Positions 20,941 to 31,334 of a DNA stretch of 64,000 bases are shown piece after piece. The notes beneath the pieces are model-generated. The model had not been told where the DNA came from, did not search any database, and saw only the letters and a program-made list of their open reading frames with translations. The position numbers and the translations under genes were made by a program. Numbering within the stretch: position 1 is the stretch's first letter; every line of letters begins with the position of its first letter. The stretch lies in sequence record OK272484.1. One strand, given 5' to 3'. Origin of the DNA: Escherichia phage JLBYU22.

Positions 20941-21127
20941 AGTAATCTAGTGGTAAGAGAGTACGATATATTTCAAACTTTGGTCCTTTTTCATAGGCAT
21001 CAAATGTTTCTGTAAATTTATTATAAGCGTATGCATCTACAAATTCGAGAATGACTTGTGATACAGAAGTAGAAACATCTCCACCTTCTTTTTGAGCAAT
21101 GACAATTGTTTCTAAGTAAGCTTTCAT
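20939..21127 (-). CDS. Hypothetical small protein between ligase and alt
   Basis: 62-aa ORF overlapping ligase stop. Confidence 0.5.
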   Translation of the reverse strand: MKAYLETIVIAQKEGGDVSTSVSQVILEFVDAYAYNKFTETFDAYEKGPKFEIYRTLLPLDY

Positions 21128-22587
21128 AGACCAGTTACCTCATGAAAATCACCAAATACATCCTCGAATGTATTAGCTTTAGTTTTATCTTCACGTAAAC
21201 GAATCGCAATCGGAAGAAATAATTTAACGTAATCAGTGCGGCCATCAGATTTTAACCAACCGTTGCATTCGCACTCTAGAATTTTTCCAATATAATAATT
21301 TTGGTTTTCCATAATGCGAGTACGGTCAAGCTCATGTGATTTTACGCCGGCTTTATCTTTTAAGCCTGAACCAGCATTTACTTTAATTTTTCCACACTCT
21401 GACTCAAGAATAAATCCACCTGCTTTAGTAGGGTCTTTACGGTGAGGATAAATTCCTACAATTTTTAAATCAACATCAATTACTTCTTTAAATTTATAGA
21501 GATTTTTTGAACGGGCATTTTCCCATAACCCATCAACGTTTTTGAGAATAATACCTTCAAGACCTTGATCAATATACTTTTTGTAAATTACCTTAGCTTC
21601 ATCTAGGTTATTTACTACCTGGTTTTCAATTAAAATTACTTTATCATAGCCTGATGTCATTTGTTCTAGTTTAGAAAAACGTACATCATACTTTAAACGA
21701 AATGCAGGAAGACCATATATTTCTACTAATGGAACATAATCCCAGACCTGAAACTTCATGCATTGTGCTTCTTTTTCGGAAATGGTTCCCTTTAAAGATT
21801 TATTAGCGATTCCATTAGAAGCAGTACGTGATTCAGCTACTTCGGCGAATTCTTTAGCTTTACTAATTTCAGGATAAGCATTAAAAAGAAAATCTAGGCC
21901 TTCTGGCTCCTTTTTAACTTGCTCATGGTATACCAATTCGCCATCAATTAACACACCTTCTGGATGAATCTGGCGGGCTTCAGCGGTCATTTTAATTAAC
22001 TCTTCCTTAAGAAGATCTAATCCTAGATATTCATTACCAGCTCGTGATAAAAGACGAACATCATCTAATTCATCACCTCTGACTTCAGCAAAGCACCGAG
22101 CTCCATCAGCTTTTAACTGGGCAAAAGCTGGAAATTTGATATTCTTATTAATGCCTTTTTCATCATAAGAACTTGCAAGCATTTGAGGTTGTTCAGGAAT
22201 TAAACCTGGCCAAACTTTGTTTGCAATAGATACTGAAGCACCGCATTCAAGGTCTCGCATCATCACTCGACGCAAAACTTCAACATCATCTTTTTTACCA
22301 TCGGTGATATATCCAATTAATTCCTCAATTGCCGCATTTCCAGTCAATTTCCGAGTAGCTAACGTGAATTCAATGAAGTCAAGCATATCGGTAAGAGTCA
22401 ACATTCCAAAACTCTGGGTAGCAATACCCGGTTTAGGCCATTTCTTGATATAATACTGTAACCCACGAGAATAAGTCAGACGATATACTCGTTTAAGCAA
22501 TTCATTATCTTTGTTCTTTTCAAGAATTGCTTGCTTCTGCTTAGTTGAACCAATAGATGCTATTTCGTTCAGAATTTTAAGAATCAT
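21124..22587 (-). CDS. 30: ATP-dependent DNA ligase gp30
   Basis: 487 aa, same as T4; adenylation motif KADGARC. Confidence 0.93.
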   Translation of the reverse strand: MILKILNEIASIGSTKQKQAILEKNKDNELLKRVYRLTYSRGLQYYIKKWPKPGIATQSFGMLTLTDMLDFIEFTLATRKLTGNAAIEELIGYITDGKKDDVEVLRRVMMRDLECGASVSIANKVWPGLIPEQPQMLASSYDEKGINKNIKFPAFAQLKADGARCFAEVRGDELDDVRLLSRAGNEYLGLDLLKEELIKMTAEARQIHPEGVLIDGELVYHEQVKKEPEGLDFLFNAYPEISKAKEFAEVAESRTASNGIANKSLKGTISEKEAQCMKFQVWDYVPLVEIYGLPAFRLKYDVRFSKLEQMTSGYDKVILIENQVVNNLDEAKVIYKKYIDQGLEGIILKNVDGLWENARSKNLYKFKEVIDVDLKIVGIYPHRKDPTKAGGFILESECGKIKVNAGSGLKDKAGVKSHELDRTRIMENQNYYIGKILECECNGWLKSDGRTDYVKLFLPIAIRLREDKTKANTFEDVFGDFHEVTGL

Positions 22588-22853
22588 TGTTCATCCTTTA
22601 GAGTTTGGTTTACAGCTCTATTATAAATCAATTCATCATTAAGCTCAGTCAAAGACCTGTGGTACGTGGTTCTAACTTTATTTCCTTGCATCCAGTGCTT
22701 GACGTAAATGAAACCTTGCTCTACACATTTTTTAAAAATTCGTTCGTCTTTTTGAGCTCGGAATTCTGGATTGCATCTAAAAAATTGATTTACGTGACCG
22801 TAATCACGTGTAGTATTACCTTCATTTTCATAAATAGTGTGAACGACAAACAT
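22584..22853 (-). CDS. Hypothetical protein (position of T4 30.1)
   Basis: 89-aa ORF coupled to ligase start. Confidence 0.55.
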   Translation of the reverse strand: MFVVHTIYENEGNTTRDYGHVNQFFRCNPEFRAQKDERIFKKCVEQGFIYVKHWMQGNKVRTTYHRSLTELNDELIYNRAVNQTLKDEQ

Positions 22854-23689
22854 TAGAATGCTCCTTGGAAAATATTATCACCACTAGTAGGTCTATTATA
22901 CAAATACTCTATGCCACCGGGCTTAATATAGTTCCATGTCTGAAACGGATGTGTCTGATATGGATGATATAGATTATAAGGATTAAATCCAGGAGTTCTC
23001 CAGGTAGTGTTCCAAGGAAAAGAATCATTTTTAATCATCTTTTCAATTACATCTTTTATAACTTTTTCACTATCAAAACTTTCTTTATTTTCCTTCGATG
23101 GAAAAAGCTTATTCTCTACATCATTCCATGTATAAACTCGCTGAGCGGTTTTTGGAATACTGTCACGCTCCCCTCGAGCCATCCAATAAACAGGAACATT
23201 TAATATTTCACTCGCGTGATCGCAATGGTGAGCGAGATCGTCAATATAACAAATTACGTTATATTTCTCTTTTGCCTTTTTGAACAACTCTTCTTTTGAA
23301 GAATCATGACCACACATCAATACTTCTGAGAAGGCACCAGGAAAAAGAGCATTCAAATTAAATTGACGATTCAGCAGAGCGTCAATAGAATCACCCAATG
23401 CTGTAACAGCTACAAAATTATAATCTTCTTTTAATTTGTTAATTACACACAGGGCATCTTTATATGGAGACAAGTAACGAATAAAATCTGAACGATTATA
23501 CTTTTCGATTAATTTAACACCGAGTTCTTCATCGCAATTAAAGAGCTTACCAGGAGAAATAAATTTTTCGTCCTGAATCATTTTTAAAATATGTTCCAAC
23601 GGAAGATTATATTTTTGGGCAAAATAAGGAAGGCCCGATTGCCAGCTTAAACATACCCCGTCAATATCAGTCAAAATAGTAGGCTTCAT
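22853..23689 (-). CDS. Putative HAD-superfamily phosphatase/nucleotidase-like protein (position of T4 30.2)
   Basis: 278 aa; N-terminal ILTDIDGV matches HAD motif I (DxDxT/V). Confidence 0.55.
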   Translation of the reverse strand: MKPTILTDIDGVCLSWQSGLPYFAQKYNLPLEHILKMIQDEKFISPGKLFNCDEELGVKLIEKYNRSDFIRYLSPYKDALCVINKLKEDYNFVAVTALGDSIDALLNRQFNLNALFPGAFSEVLMCGHDSSKEELFKKAKEKYNVICYIDDLAHHCDHASEILNVPVYWMARGERDSIPKTAQRVYTWNDVENKLFPSKENKESFDSEKVIKDVIEKMIKNDSFPWNTTWRTPGFNPYNLYHPYQTHPFQTWNYIKPGGIEYLYNRPTSGDNIFQGAF

Positions 23690-24150
23690 AGAGAGTCTCT
23701 TAATAGGTTTAACACATCAATAAATTCAGCTTCGGTTAGTATTGTATCATCTTTTGTTAGACCACTAGCCATGCTGTGCTTCAAAACTTTTCCTTTCGAG
23801 GCTAGTAATGCATCACGAAAGCCCTTGTTTTGAATCGCTGCTTCAAAATATGCATTTGTGTATAATTCTTTCCACGCCGGGGAGTATCTTGAAAACGGAA
23901 CTCCAATCCAGAAGAGGGTCCCACGGTCCTGAGCTCTAGCATAAGACCTTCCAGCTTGTTGGGCGGCAAGCCCGGATAACCCAAATATACGACGTTGTTG
24001 TTCAACATTTTTCACCTTACACCCTTGGAGGAATCCTTCAAGACCTCCAAATTGAATACCATCCATAACGAAAGGCCATTGGGCGAAATTACTTAATGCA
24101 CATGATGGCCACCTAAAATTGCTTCTAATCTCTAACTCAGACATTTTCAA
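23686..24150 (-). CDS. NADAR/YbiA-family (DUF1768-like) protein (position of T4 30.3)
   Basis: 154 aa; LSNFAQWPFVMDGIQF...EGFLQGCK resembles the YbiA core FSNFAAWP..DG....EHYFQAQK. Confidence 0.6.
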   Translation of the reverse strand: MKMSELEIRSNFRWPSCALSNFAQWPFVMDGIQFGGLEGFLQGCKVKNVEQQRRIFGLSGLAAQQAGRSYARAQDRGTLFWIGVPFSRYSPAWKELYTNAYFEAAIQNKGFRDALLASKGKVLKHSMASGLTKDDTILTEAEFIDVLNLLRDSL

Positions 24151-24343
24151 TGCTTATAATTTCAACATCAGCCCAATGACCATAGCAAGGAAGACGAAAT
24201 TCAACTGGCCAGTTAGGGTCCTTTTCTAATATAATAGACTCAACTCGTGGTTCTTCATGTTCATCAGTATATGGATTTTTATCTGTTACTTTATATGTGA
24301 CCTTAATGTACTGAATTCCAAAAATCTTATTAATTATATTCAT
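24137..24343 (-). CDS. Hypothetical small protein
   Basis: 68-aa ORF in coupled block. Confidence 0.5.
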   Translation of the reverse strand: MNIINKIFGIQYIKVTYKVTDKNPYTDEHEEPRVESIILEKDPNWPVEFRLPCYGHWADVEIISIENV

Positions 24344-24537
24344 ACTAATTCCTTTAATCCGTAGATAGGAGATAATTCATCACCCATACGAAGGTCTTCA
24401 TTTCCATCTACCCAGGAAACAATATAAGCCTCTTTTATTTGAATACCACTCCATTTAAATGGAGGTAGAACCTTAGAAATTAATCCAGGTATACCAACTC
24501 CCTTTAATTCAACAGTTTGACCTAAAAAGAATTTCAT
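24340..24537 (-). CDS. Hypothetical small protein
   Basis: 65-aa ORF in coupled block. Confidence 0.5.
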   Translation of the reverse strand: MKFFLGQTVELKGVGIPGLISKVLPPFKWSGIQIKEAYIVSWVDGNEDLRMGDELSPIYGLKELV

Positions 24538-24824
24538 TAGAACCTCATCTGAAAACCGTGCGATTTAACATTACCGCCGCCAATATCAGAAATGTTAATT
24601 TCACGCGCAATTGAAGGGTCAATGTCAATTTCGCGATTGAGTTTAGTGATAGCTAAAGTATCACGCCCATTTACAGTACGAAACTCTAAAGGACAAACCA
24701 CATCAACGTAGTTTTTAATCGATTCGCTAGTAGGTTGCAAATGTGCAGGAAGGTCTTTAGGCGACTTTGAGAAAACTACTTCGCAGAAGTTTTTACGGGT
24801 ATCAAAATAAGTAGTCATAAACAT
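24537..24824 (-). CDS. Hypothetical protein
   Basis: 95-aa ORF in coupled block. Confidence 0.5.
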   Translation of the reverse strand: MFMTTYFDTRKNFCEVVFSKSPKDLPAHLQPTSESIKNYVDVVCPLEFRTVNGRDTLAITKLNREIDIDPSIAREINISDIGGGNVKSHGFQMRF

Positions 24825-24841
24825 AGTATTTTCCTCAGTAA

Positions 24842-24855
24842 GGGGCCGAAGCCCC
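24842..24855. other. GC-rich hairpin (GGGGC-CGAA-GCCCC) between two minus-strand ORFs
   Basis: Perfect 5-bp stem with tetraloop; T-rich only on plus side, so its role on the minus-strand transcript is uncertain. Confidence 0.4.
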
Positions 24856-24865
24856 TCATTTTATT

Positions 24866-25231
24866 TTAAATATCAAATTCGTTAAGAACTACATCAAAGA
24901 TTGCTTCAAGATGCTCAGGTTTAGCTCTGTTACTCAGAATATGACGAATCCAAGTTTTAACCAGAAGCTTGCGATTAACGCCATTCCAGCAAGGATGAGT
25001 CCCTAAATCGCGTTGACGAAAATCATCATCCAAAGCGATTTTGAAGTTGGAACCTTCCATTGTGATTGAAACCGTGATGCCATTTTCAAATCGCATATAA
25101 ACGTAGTTAGGAGTCATATACTGTTCAATTTCGCATACTGATCCATTTTGATGTTTCCAAAGGCAAATAGTATCAATAGAACCTGCAATACCATTAGAAA
25201 CATATTTACGTTCAAAGTTGATGTAGTTCAT
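24866..25231 (-). CDS. Hypothetical protein
   Basis: 121-aa ORF. Confidence 0.55.
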   Translation of the reverse strand: MNYINFERKYVSNGIAGSIDTICLWKHQNGSVCEIEQYMTPNYVYMRFENGITVSITMEGSNFKIALDDDFRQRDLGTHPCWNGVNRKLLVKTWIRHILSNRAKPEHLEAIFDVVLNEFDI

Positions 25232-25299
25232 TTTTATTCTCCGAGATGTTTAATTGCGGTACAGGTATATAATATCATATCCTGTACCAAAGTAAACAA

Positions 25300-25632
25300 T
25301 TATTTTACTACTTTCCAGTGCTGCATGTCAAGTTTACCAACTTTTTTCATCTTCTCAATTAAGCGTTCTGCGCGTTGGCGAGCTGTAACATAATGCCATT
25401 CACCTAATTCATTTTGTTCAATTTTTCCAACGATTACTGTGTTCAATTCATAAATCCAACCAGTAAAGAAATTATGAACTTGAATTGTAAAGGTGAAATC
25501 TGTTCCCATACCTTCTGTTGTTTCTACTTCAATAATATCACCTTCAACTGCCATTAAGAACCACATAGTTTCATCATATTTACCGTTGAAGCATTTAGTT
25601 TTAACTGTAGCGTTCAGATTAATCGTTTTCAT
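25300..25632 (-). CDS. Hypothetical protein
   Basis: 110-aa ORF. Confidence 0.55.
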   Translation of the reverse strand: MKTINLNATVKTKCFNGKYDETMWFLMAVEGDIIEVETTEGMGTDFTFTIQVHNFFTGWIYELNTVIVGKIEQNELGEWHYVTARQRAERLIEKMKKVGKLDMQHWKVVK

Positions 25633-25719
25633 TTTATTCTCCTTTGTTTGTGTAAGATAATACTATCACAAAGGAACCATACTGTAAACAACTTTGTGCA
25701 ATCTTTGGAAAATAAAAAA

Positions 25720-25737
25720 GGACTCCCGAAGGAGTCC
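25720..25737 (-). terminator. Rho-independent terminator after the small basic protein gene
   Basis: GGACTCC-CGAA-GGAGTCC 7-bp stem followed by T-tract on minus strand. Confidence 0.65.
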
Positions 25738-25742
25738 TCAAC

Positions 25743-25919
25743 TTATGCTTTCTGCTTACCAAAACGAGAAGCATCATCTCGAAGAACCGCACGTGCTCGG
25801 CGCATGATCTTCTCAACAGTTTGATTGATACGAGAGTTCGACCCACGCTTGTAACCAGCGCGTTTAGAATCACCAACTTTCTTTTCAACTGCTTTCTTTG
25901 CTTTAGCTTGTTTTGCCAT
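25743..25919 (-). CDS. Small lysine/arginine-rich basic protein (58 aa)
   Basis: ATG at 25917..25919 gives MAKQAKAKKAVEKK...; the longer 72-aa track ORF is probably an N-terminal over-extension. Confidence 0.5.
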   Translation of the reverse strand: MAKQAKAKKAVEKKVGDSKRAGYKRGSNSRINQTVEKIMRRARAVLRDDASRFGKQKA

Positions 25920-26040
25920 TATAAATTCTCTTTTAAATGAAAATGCAGGACTTATTGGCATTGCCTGCGCAAGCCCTCAAGGGGAACATAGGTTTTTGGA
26001 TATTTAACGACCAGGATAACCATAAACCTCGTCAACATAA

Positions 26041-26289
26041 TTACTTCAGTGTTACCACAAAGTGACGAACTGCTTTTCGTGCAGCAGAAGCCAGAGGCTT
26101 AGCATATTTAAGTTCATCTTTTTCCTGAAGCTCAGCAGCTAATGCAGTTTGAGCAGGATTCAGATGTTTGAAATAACGCAGGATTTCAAGAGCTTCGGCT
26201 TCAACATCAATAGATGCGCCATAGTTTTCGTGACCATTATTCCATGCGTTTCGTTGCAGTTCAAGAGCGTGTTGTAATTGTTTAATCAT
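26041..26289 (-). CDS. rIII: rIII lysis inhibition accessory protein
   Basis: 82 aa, same as T4 rIII; position between the 30.x block and gene 31. Confidence 0.75.
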   Translation of the reverse strand: MIKQLQHALELQRNAWNNGHENYGASIDVEAEALEILRYFKHLNPAQTALAAELQEKDELKYAKPLASAARKAVRHFVVTLK

Positions 26290-26428
26290 TTAAAAATTCT
26301 CGTTAGAGATTAAAACTCGGTAGTCACGTTCTTCTGAATTTCATCTTCTTTCGACAGATCTCTCAGTTGTAGACTACCACATAGAATTGTTCGGTTAACT
26401 TATTATTCCGACACCCAATTCATATTAT

Positions 26429-26436
26429 TATTTATA
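26429..26436 (-). promoter_or_regulatory. T4 late promoter (TATAAATA on minus strand) upstream of rIII
   Basis: Exact reverse-complement TATAAATA just downstream of gene 31 stop. Confidence 0.45.
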
Positions 26437-26772
26437 TCACTTATAAAGACACGGAATAGCTTTATAGTGACAGGTAACGAATTTTTGCTTAATTTCTTTT
26501 GGCTGCTTAAGACCCAGAGCTACAAAAGGATGTGGAACGTTTCGAATTTGACCAACTGGAAGAGAAGTCAAATCACCAACTTCACAGAAACCTTCAGGAA
26601 CATCAGGACCAACAGAGTGAATTACACACAGTTCAGGAACTTCACCTTGAACACGTTTACCGATAATAAGTCCTGATTCTGTAACTTCTTCATCACCGGC
26701 TTGTGCAGGTTCAGAAACTAAAATAACATATTCACCGACAGCACGAATTGGTAGCTGTTGTACTTCAGACAT
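26437..26772 (-). CDS. 31: Co-chaperonin gp31 (GroES analogue)
   Basis: 111 aa, same as T4 gp31. Confidence 0.9.
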   Translation of the reverse strand: MSEVQQLPIRAVGEYVILVSEPAQAGDEEVTESGLIIGKRVQGEVPELCVIHSVGPDVPEGFCEVGDLTSLPVGQIRNVPHPFVALGLKQPKEIKQKFVTCHYKAIPCLYK

Positions 26773-26802
26773 CGTTTTTCCTTTTTGTTAACAGATGAAT
26801 TA

Positions 26803-26827
26803 ATAATAACAAATAATTCTTAAAGCA
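26803..26827 (-). promoter_or_regulatory. Candidate MotA-dependent middle promoter for gene 31
   Basis: Minus strand aaTGCTTTA, 12-nt spacer, TATTAT. Confidence 0.45.
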
Positions 26828-26828
26828 T

Positions 26829-27137
26829 TTATTTACCAATAAATTGGAGTAAATGCTCAACTTTCATACCATTAACAGAAATCAATTTGTCAATAGAAAA
26901 ACCTCGCCACTCGCCAAGCTCAACATCAAATACTGGAATCATGTCAGTAGATTCTTTCCGAGTAGATTCAGTCAATTTACCGGTTTGCATGGTTGGCATA
27001 AAGTCTGCATCACGAGTACCTTTCATAGTACGAATAGTACCATCAGACTTTTCAAAAACTATGTTTGAAACACCCATGGACAATTTAGTTTTCAAAATTT
27101 CACGAACTGCTACTTTCTGCTCAGTTGTCAGTTTCAT
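26829..27137 (-). CDS. Hypothetical protein (position of T4 31.1)
   Basis: 102-aa ORF. Confidence 0.55.
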   Translation of the reverse strand: MKLTTEQKVAVREILKTKLSMGVSNIVFEKSDGTIRTMKGTRDADFMPTMQTGKLTESTRKESTDMIPVFDVELGEWRGFSIDKLISVNGMKVEHLLQFIGK

Positions 27138-27374
27138 TTATTTACCTATCACAGTTTTAATATGAGTTGTTCCACGTTCTTTAAGGGTGGAAAGTAATTT
27201 TTGGCATTTTTCTAAATCAGATTTCCAACTATATGGTCTATCAATACTAGTCCAATCAGTTTTATAATACTGTTTCCATTTAGAGAAAAAATATTTCTTA
27301 TACTCTACAGCAAATGAGATGTTCTCGTTAGAATAAGAACTAATTGCTGTGAGCTTTACCAAACGAAATTTCAT
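27138..27374 (-). CDS. Hypothetical protein (position of T4 31.2)
   Basis: 78-aa ORF. Confidence 0.5.
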   Translation of the reverse strand: MKFRLVKLTAISSYSNENISFAVEYKKYFFSKWKQYYKTDWTSIDRPYSWKSDLEKCQKLLSTLKERGTTHIKTVIGK

Positions 27375-27955
27375 TATTCACCACAGAATTCGTTGATATT
27401 TTCCCAGTTTAACTTATTCAAGTTTTTCTTAGGAACATTAAACACTTCAATACCTGCATTTCGCAGAATATCATCCCAGCCAGGTTTATTTTTATCGTAT
27501 GTTTCACAATAAACCAGCTTTTTAATACCAGATTGAGCTATCGCTTTTGCACAATCTGGGCAAGGAGAAAGTGTTACATACATAGTAGCACCTTCAATAG
27601 AAGAACCATTTCGTGCAGCAAACAAAATTGCATTTAGTTCAGCATGAATTTCATTTTTAGATGACCATTCCGAGTGAGCACTACGATGTTCTTTCGCCAA
27701 AACAAAACGATCAGCTGAACCAAATGATACGCATTCAGGCTTATGGCCTTGAATGATAGTATGTTTAGGCTTATTCAACAACCATCCTTGCTCAGCAGCA
27801 TAATCACAACAGTTCACACCCCCTGCGGGTGAACCATTATACCCAGTAGAAATAATACGTCCATTCTTTTCAATTACTGCTCCTACCTTCCAGGAGCAAC
27901 ATTTTGATTCTTGCGATACTAAATATGCAATTTGAAGTACTGTACTCGCTTTCAT
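27374..27955 (-). CDS. cd: dCMP deaminase
   Basis: 193 aa; zinc-binding HAELNA and PCPDCAKA motifs. Confidence 0.92.
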   Translation of the reverse strand: MKASTVLQIAYLVSQESKCCSWKVGAVIEKNGRIISTGYNGSPAGGVNCCDYAAEQGWLLNKPKHTIIQGHKPECVSFGSADRFVLAKEHRSAHSEWSSKNEIHAELNAILFAARNGSSIEGATMYVTLSPCPDCAKAIAQSGIKKLVYCETYDKNKPGWDDILRNAGIEVFNVPKKNLNKLNWENINEFCGE

Positions 27956-28290
27956 TTCATAATCACCAGATAAGCAGATTTAGCAGTTTCAACACGATAA
28001 ATTTCGTGACGAAGTTTAGTTATACTTTTAATAACAGAACTAATTATATTCTGCCCATCTTTAAAGCGGTTTTTCTTATCAATAAAAATTGCACCAGCCA
28101 TCTTTTTGTGAAGCTCAACTGGATACTTCGTCACAATAATAGCATCATACACAGAAGGATGAATACTATTCACTAGAGTGTCATTCATTAAAGTTATTCT
28201 AATGAACTGAGCTGTTTCAGAGTCAAGCGCTCTATGATCGCCAGTATCATTTTCAAGACAATTATCAATTATATCAGTTAAATTCATCAT
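27952..28290 (-). CDS. Hypothetical protein (position of cd.1)
   Basis: 112-aa ORF coupled to cd. Confidence 0.55.
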   Translation of the reverse strand: MMNLTDIIDNCLENDTGDHRALDSETAQFIRITLMNDTLVNSIHPSVYDAIIVTKYPVELHKKMAGAIFIDKKNRFKDGQNIISSVIKSITKLRHEIYRVETAKSAYLVIMK

Positions 28291-28523
28291 AGTACGCCAT
28301 ACACCCTTTGTGCTTCAACTAATCCATCAAAATCCAATTTGAGATGTGTTATTTGGTCACCATCACCTGGATTCACAATTACTAATACTGAACGAGGAGT
28401 TTCGGTAATAACACGAACCGATGTTTCTGGAAATCGTTCAGAAACCTTATTTACCAATTCCTGAGCAAATAGTTTAACTTTTTCTTGGAATTCTTTAACA
28501 GTAATTGGTTTTTCACTTAGCAT
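28287..28523 (-). CDS. Hypothetical protein (position of cd.2)
   Basis: 78-aa ORF. Confidence 0.5.
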   Translation of the reverse strand: MLSEKPITVKEFQEKVKLFAQELVNKVSERFPETSVRVITETPRSVLVIVNPGDGDQITHLKLDFDGLVEAQRVYGVL

Positions 28524-28585
28524 TTTGTTTTCCTCATTTGTTTTGGTAGAGCTATAATATCACAACTCTACCAAAAAGTAAACTA

Positions 28586-28867
28586 TTAAATTGCCTTGAA
28601 TTCTGATGTCTGTGATTCAAAGCGAATATCGCCTTTGATGACTAGCTCAGCATCAAGACCAAATACGACAATGATATGCGCGGAACCCGGATACAGCGTA
28701 ATTGCAATAGAATCCACCTGGTCTGGAAGCAAAGTGTTCAATACATGAGTCACTTGAGCATGAATTCGAAGCTCGGCTGCGTTATCAAGCTTTTCAAACA
28801 TATTATTAGCGATAATTTGACTAAACACTACTTCTACGATTTTAGAATAAGTCGGAAACATATTCAC
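28586..28867 (-). CDS. Hypothetical protein (position of cd.3)
   Basis: 93-aa ORF. Confidence 0.5.
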   Translation of the reverse strand: MNMFPTYSKIVEVVFSQIIANNMFEKLDNAAELRIHAQVTHVLNTLLPDQVDSIAITLYPGSAHIIVVFGLDAELVIKGDIRFESQTSEFKAI

Positions 28868-29064
28868 CTCACATAATTTTCTTCAAGCCAATTAATAACA
28901 TCCAACGCATTATCAAAAGTTGAACCATCTACTCTGTCTTCTGTTTCATAATCAAGAACATCTAAGCCTACTCTTCCATCAACAATAGGCCATAAACAAA
29001 ATAGATATTTCTTTTCTTTTTCAATTTTATCACAAAGACGATAAATCTTTTCTATGTTATTCAT
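28864..29064 (-). CDS. Hypothetical protein (position of cd.4)
   Basis: 66-aa ORF. Confidence 0.5.
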   Translation of the reverse strand: MNNIEKIYRLCDKIEKEKKYLFCLWPIVDGRVGLDVLDYETEDRVDGSTFDNALDVINWLEENYVR

Positions 29065-29253
29065 AAGTTTTCCATGGTAAAGGCAGTTTAGTTTTCTTTA
29101 CTGTTAGTTCAACATCAGGATTCTTTTCTCTTAATTTAAGGCATTCCTCCCAAGCTCTGATTTCACTAGTGAAAACACAAAATTGACCATTACTAGTACC
29201 AACTAAACCGCTATTTACAATAACAATAGCCCAAGTTTCATGATGCAAAGCCA

Positions 29254-29254
<1 letters not shown>
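29057..29254 (-). CDS. Hypothetical protein (position of cd.5)
   Basis: 65-aa ORF. Confidence 0.5.
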
Positions 29255-30457
<1,203 letters not shown>

Positions 30458-30461
<4 letters not shown>

Positions 30462-30688
30462 TTATTTTTCTCAACCAATGATTGAATATAATCATGCAGG
30501 TCTTTAGATGCTTTACCCCACTTATTTTGGTATTCATTTTTAAGATTAGCACGTGATTGAGCTAATAAAACATCATTAGTTGGAGGTAAAGATTCTAATC
30601 GTTGAATCTGACGTCCATAAATCATTGCTGCCATCTCTGATTCATAAATCAATCCTTTGAGATGTTCAAATTGATGCCATGAAATCAT
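30458..30688 (-). CDS. Hypothetical protein
   Basis: 76-aa ORF in coupled block. Confidence 0.5.
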
Positions 30689-30984
30689 TTACATTTATCC
30701 TCTTTTAACTCTTGACGATAATAACATATCATAGTTTTCTGGTCATGTACATATCGTTTTACATCATTAAGCCAAATACGAAATTCCTGGGAATCTTCAA
30801 ATGGCATACCGACCCAAGCTTTACCATCGATAACTTTAACTTGCCAAGATAGTTTAGCTTCGTCATATGACTTTATTTGTACAGGCCAATTAGGATGAAC
30901 TGTTTCTTTCTTTACTTCTAGAGGCTTTGTCGAACAACCAACTAGAAGACCAATAGATAATATTACTGCTGATAGTCTAATCAT
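30685..30984 (-). CDS. Putative o-spanin (outer-membrane lipoprotein, Rz1-like)
   Basis: 99 aa; signal peptide with lipobox LVGC; directly downstream of and overlapping the i-spanin candidate. Confidence 0.6.
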   Translation of the reverse strand: MIRLSAVILSIGLLVGCSTKPLEVKKETVHPNWPVQIKSYDEAKLSWQVKVIDGKAWVGMPFEDSQEFRIWLNDVKRYVHDQKTMICYYRQELKEDKCK

Positions 30985-31334
30985 TTAGAAAGGTCCTGGA
31001 TGTCTTCTGCGAACTTGTTGAAGGAGTTGTTGATTTGTTTTTCAACCAATCCTGGCTTATGAGCCACCACATCCGCCTTCTTTGCGTCTTTGCGCAGCTT
31101 TTCATTTTCACGCTCAATAACAGCAATTGCCTCACGATTTTTATTATTCATCGCATCAATATAATTATACTGAATTCGCAAATTATTTAATGCTAAGGCG
31201 TTTTCATTGGCCGTTTTTGTAATTTCTACAACAGACGTTTCTAATCTTTCAATTTTATTTTTTAAAATTAAAGAAGTTCCGCCCAATGCAATTACAATTA
31301 ATAGCAAACCTGCTGTCGTATTACTTAATTGCAT
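30981..31334 (-). CDS. Putative i-spanin (Rz-like)
   Basis: 117 aa; N-terminal TM helix TTAGLLLIVIALGG then charged coiled-coil-like region. Confidence 0.6.
   Translation of the reverse strand: MQLSNTTAGLLLIVIALGGTSLILKNKIERLETSVVEITKTANENALALNNLRIQYNYIDAMNNKNREAIAVIERENEKLRKDAKKADVVAHKPGLVEKQINNSFNKFAEDIQDLSK

Noticed and set aside
25634-25888. 84-aa ORF overlapping the small basic protein gene
   Set aside because: Alternative frame overlapping 25743..25919; lacks a Shine-Dalgarno and runs through the terminator hairpin at 25720..25737.
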